Below are positions 61,723-64,000 of a DNA stretch of 64,000 bases, piece after piece (position 1 is the stretch's first letter; each line of letters starts with the position of its first letter). Under the pieces are notes generated by a model. The model did no database searches. It saw nothing but the letters and a program-made list of their open reading frames with translations, and was not told the DNA's origin. Source of the DNA: Nitrospinales bacterium (GTDB lineage Bacteria; Nitrospinota; Nitrospinia; Nitrospinales; VA-1). The stretch covers positions 1,888,001 through 1,952,000 of the forward strand of contig CBDCXL010000002.1 in NCBI GenBank assembly GCA_965223795.1, in the 5' to 3' direction. The translations under genes were made by a program, and so were the position numbers.

Positions 61723-62208
61723 TTACTGACTGGATGTTTCCTTGTTCACGACGTGGAAGAAGATGGCATCCGTGATCAGCGGAACGTACAGGATGTGGTT
61801 TCCATAGGAAAACAGTCCCCGGATGGTGTGCGGGCCGTCTTCCAGGTACACCCGCTTGCAGGACTCGCCGTTGCCCAGGTGAATGTGGTTCTGATCTTTG
61901 ACCATGGGTTCCGAAAGGACATCCGGAGACGGCAGGGGCACGTCCACGAGAACGTGATGGTGGCCTTTGCCTTCGTTGTTGCCGTTGCTCGCCGGTTCCA
62001 CTTCGAAGCCGTTGATGCTGAAGCAGATTTCAACGGGGCTCGATACGACCGAGGACGGCGCGGGTTTGGTGACTTTCAGGACGCCTTCGTACATGCGATG
62101 GCCGGCCATGCTGGTGTACAATTCGTCGGTTTTCATGCAGGAGTGGGTGTGGCACCCCATGAACGAAAAGATCAACACGTAAGCCATGATTTGCAGGGAG
62201 TGTTTCAT
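61723..62208 (-). CDS. DUF4399-domain lipoprotein
   Basis: FMGC lipobox; GHHHVLVD, HIHLGNG and GPHTI motifs. Confidence 0.8.
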   Translation of the reverse strand: MKHSLQIMAYVLIFSFMGCHTHSCMKTDELYTSMAGHRMYEGVLKVTKPAPSSVVSSPVEICFSINGFEVEPASNGNNEGKGHHHVLVDVPLPSPDVLSEPMVKDQNHIHLGNGESCKRVYLEDGPHTIRGLFSYGNHILYVPLITDAIFFHVVNKETSSQ

Positions 62209-62855
62209 TGCTTCACCAGAAAGCGTCCTGATATCGGGAATGGGACGGCCTCTTTCAATTGAATGTCAATCCAACGCTCGGAAAGAGAACGCGCGCCGCC
62301 TGATTCAAAATTTCTTTTAATTTTCCGGATTATAAACTATTTGAGTTTGGAAAGGATATGATTTTAACATGGCTTCCTTACGAAACAAGAAATGAGAAGG
62401 TGGGTTCCGACGCGCACCCGTTTGCCCGCCGAACTGCATCGATTGCACGGCGTGCTTCGACCCTTCGCGGATCCAGGAAATGAGAAACGCGACACCGTGC
62501 TCACCCGCTGCTGATAGAGGATGGAATTCAATATGTTAACAATCTTCGGGAATCCTCAAAACGCGAATGAAAAAATCCGGGAATGGGTGCGTGTGTTCCG
62601 CTGTGCAGAATAGTATAATTATTTACAGGGCAGCAGAAACTTTGAGTTGAAGAATGTATTACAAAGGTTTATAAACAAATTACAGGACCGTCACGCAACC
62701 CCGGTTGTTCTTGAAACCGGATTTCCCTTTCGGGCATCCCCCCACCCCTAGGATCCGGTTCTTCACACAAGCTGCCAGAGCCGGGAAAGGCGAGATCGCG
62801 TCGCCGTTTTCAAAGCATGCCTTTCTGGACTGCATACCGGCTTAGGGGGATCAAA

Positions 62856-64000
62856 ATGAGAAGGGTCTTCGCTTCGATTCTTCTGACAGCCTTTCTTTTT
62901 CCGCTTTCCCTTTTCGGGGCCACGTCCTCTTCCTGGGCTCTGAGCCGCAGCATCGTCTCCATTCCCGTCACCGATCAAAAGGGCAACCAGATCACTCTGT
63001 ATGAGGAAAGCCATGCCCTGGTGATCGGCATCAGCGAGTACACGGGCGGCTGGCCCAGTCTGCCGGGCGTCAAGGGCGATGTTAAGGCAGTCCGGGACAC
63101 TCTTGAAAATATTGGCTTTAACGTTGTGGTGGTGGAGGATCCCGATCAGCAGGAACTGGAAGCCGCCTTCAAGGATTTCGTGCTGGAGTACGGGCTGAAC
63201 CCGGAAAACCGGCTGCTGTTCTATTTTGCGGGGCATGGCCACACCCACAAACCCTATTACGCCGCCAATGATCCGGAGGAATGGATGGGGTATCTTGTGG
63301 CCCGCAATGCACCGGACCCGCAGGAAGACATTTCCCGCTTCTTCGCCCACTCGCTGAGCATGCGCGCCATAGAAGGCATCGCGTTGACGATCGAAGCCAA
63401 ACACGCGATGTTTATTTTTGACAGCTGTTTTTCAGGCACTCTGTTTGGGCTCAGCCGGGCCATTCCCCAGGACATTCAGCTGAGAACCGGAAAACCCGTC
63501 CGGCAATTCATCACTTCCGGCACCGCCGACCAGGTTGTCCCGGATATCAGCATCTTTCGCAGGCAGTTCATCTCGGCCCTGGAAGGAGAAGCCGACAGCA
63601 ACCGCGACGGTTACATTACGGGATCGGAACTGGGTCTTTATCTCGAAGAAACCGTCACGAACCTGAGCCGGCGAACCCAGACACCGCGTTACGGAAAAAT
63701 TCAGAATCGTTTGTTGAACAAGGGGGATTTTGTTTTCCCCATTCAATGGGACTCCTCAGATTCCGAAGCGGTGGAGCCTGCGCTGACTGTTGCAGAGGAC
63801 GCTGCTCCGGATCAGAGTATGGACAATGTCATCGCCAAGGCCGAGGACTTACCCGCGAGCCGGGGGGAACGCAGCCGCCGCATCGAAAATCATTTCAAGA
63901 AACTGAAAAACCTGGATAAATTCGAGGAGACGGACGTTTCCCGAAAGACCAAGATCAAACTCTGGGGTGATTTCATCGCCCTGTATCCTGCTTCAAATCT
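62856..64000 (+). CDS. Secreted caspase-like (peptidase C14) protein, truncated by the window end
   Basis: Manual translation from ATG 62856 (absent from the ORF track because it has no stop): signal peptide, HALVIGISEY, LFYFAGHG (His) and FDSCFSG (Cys); open to 64000. Confidence 0.9.
   Translation, partial: MRRVFASILLTAFLFPLSLFGATSSSWALSRSIVSIPVTDQKGNQITLYEESHALVIGISEYTGGWPSLPGVKGDVKAVRDTLENIGFNVVVVEDPDQQELEAAFKDFVLEYGLNPENRLLFYFAGHGHTHKPYYAANDPEEWMGYLVARNAPDPQEDISRFFAHSLSMRAIEGIALTIEAKHAMFIFDSCFSGTLFGLSRAIPQDIQLRTGKPVRQFITSGTADQVVPDISIFRRQFISALEGEADSNRDGYITGSELGLYLEETVTNLSRRTQTPRYGKIQNRLLNKGDFVFPIQWDSSDSEAVEPALTVAEDAAPDQSMDNVIAKAEDLPASRGERSRRIENHFKKLKNLDKFEETDVSRKTKIKLWGDFIALYPASN

Noticed and set aside
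62209..62855. Long AT-rich intergenic region with a recurring AAATGAGAA 9-mer
   Set aside because: Consistent with a divergent promoter region; the repeats are short and irregularly spaced, with no supportable RNA or ORF

Overview
A gene-dense, GC-rich bacterial chromosomal segment from a diderm (waaF, murA, outer-membrane porin, many lipoproteins). The gene repertoire reminds me of Nitrospina-like (Nitrospinota) genomes, but that is an unverified impression. Housekeeping blocks are rho-rpmE-prfA-prmC-murA-waaF, HDAC-clpC, queG, hemE-hemH, degP-like, pcrA/uvrD, hflX and trmL. Four features stand out. (1) A tightly coupled five-gene minus-strand operon (36.1-42.9 kb) encodes serine palmitoyltransferase, a bCerS-like GNAT, an extended SDR reductase, a CDP-alcohol phosphotransferase and an MmpL/RND transporter. 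This looks like a phosphosphingolipid synthesis-and-export locus with an MmpL-type exporter. (2) A decaheme cytochrome plus porin pair (MtrA/MtoA-MtrB/MtoB, 58.4-61.6 kb) has no adjacent outer-surface cytochrome. (3) A surface-modification operon (1.4-6.7 kb) encodes a kinase-like/methyltransferase fusion, a Thr-type alkaline-phosphatase-superfamily transferase and a TMTC-like glycosyltransferase. (4) The last 21 bp of a GT2 gene occur three times, and one copy differs only at synonymous sites, suggesting an att-like scar. Also present are tryptophanase, many small secreted repeat proteins and lipoproteins, and a secreted caspase-like protease cut off at the window end. I found no rRNA, tRNA, CRISPR array or transposase.
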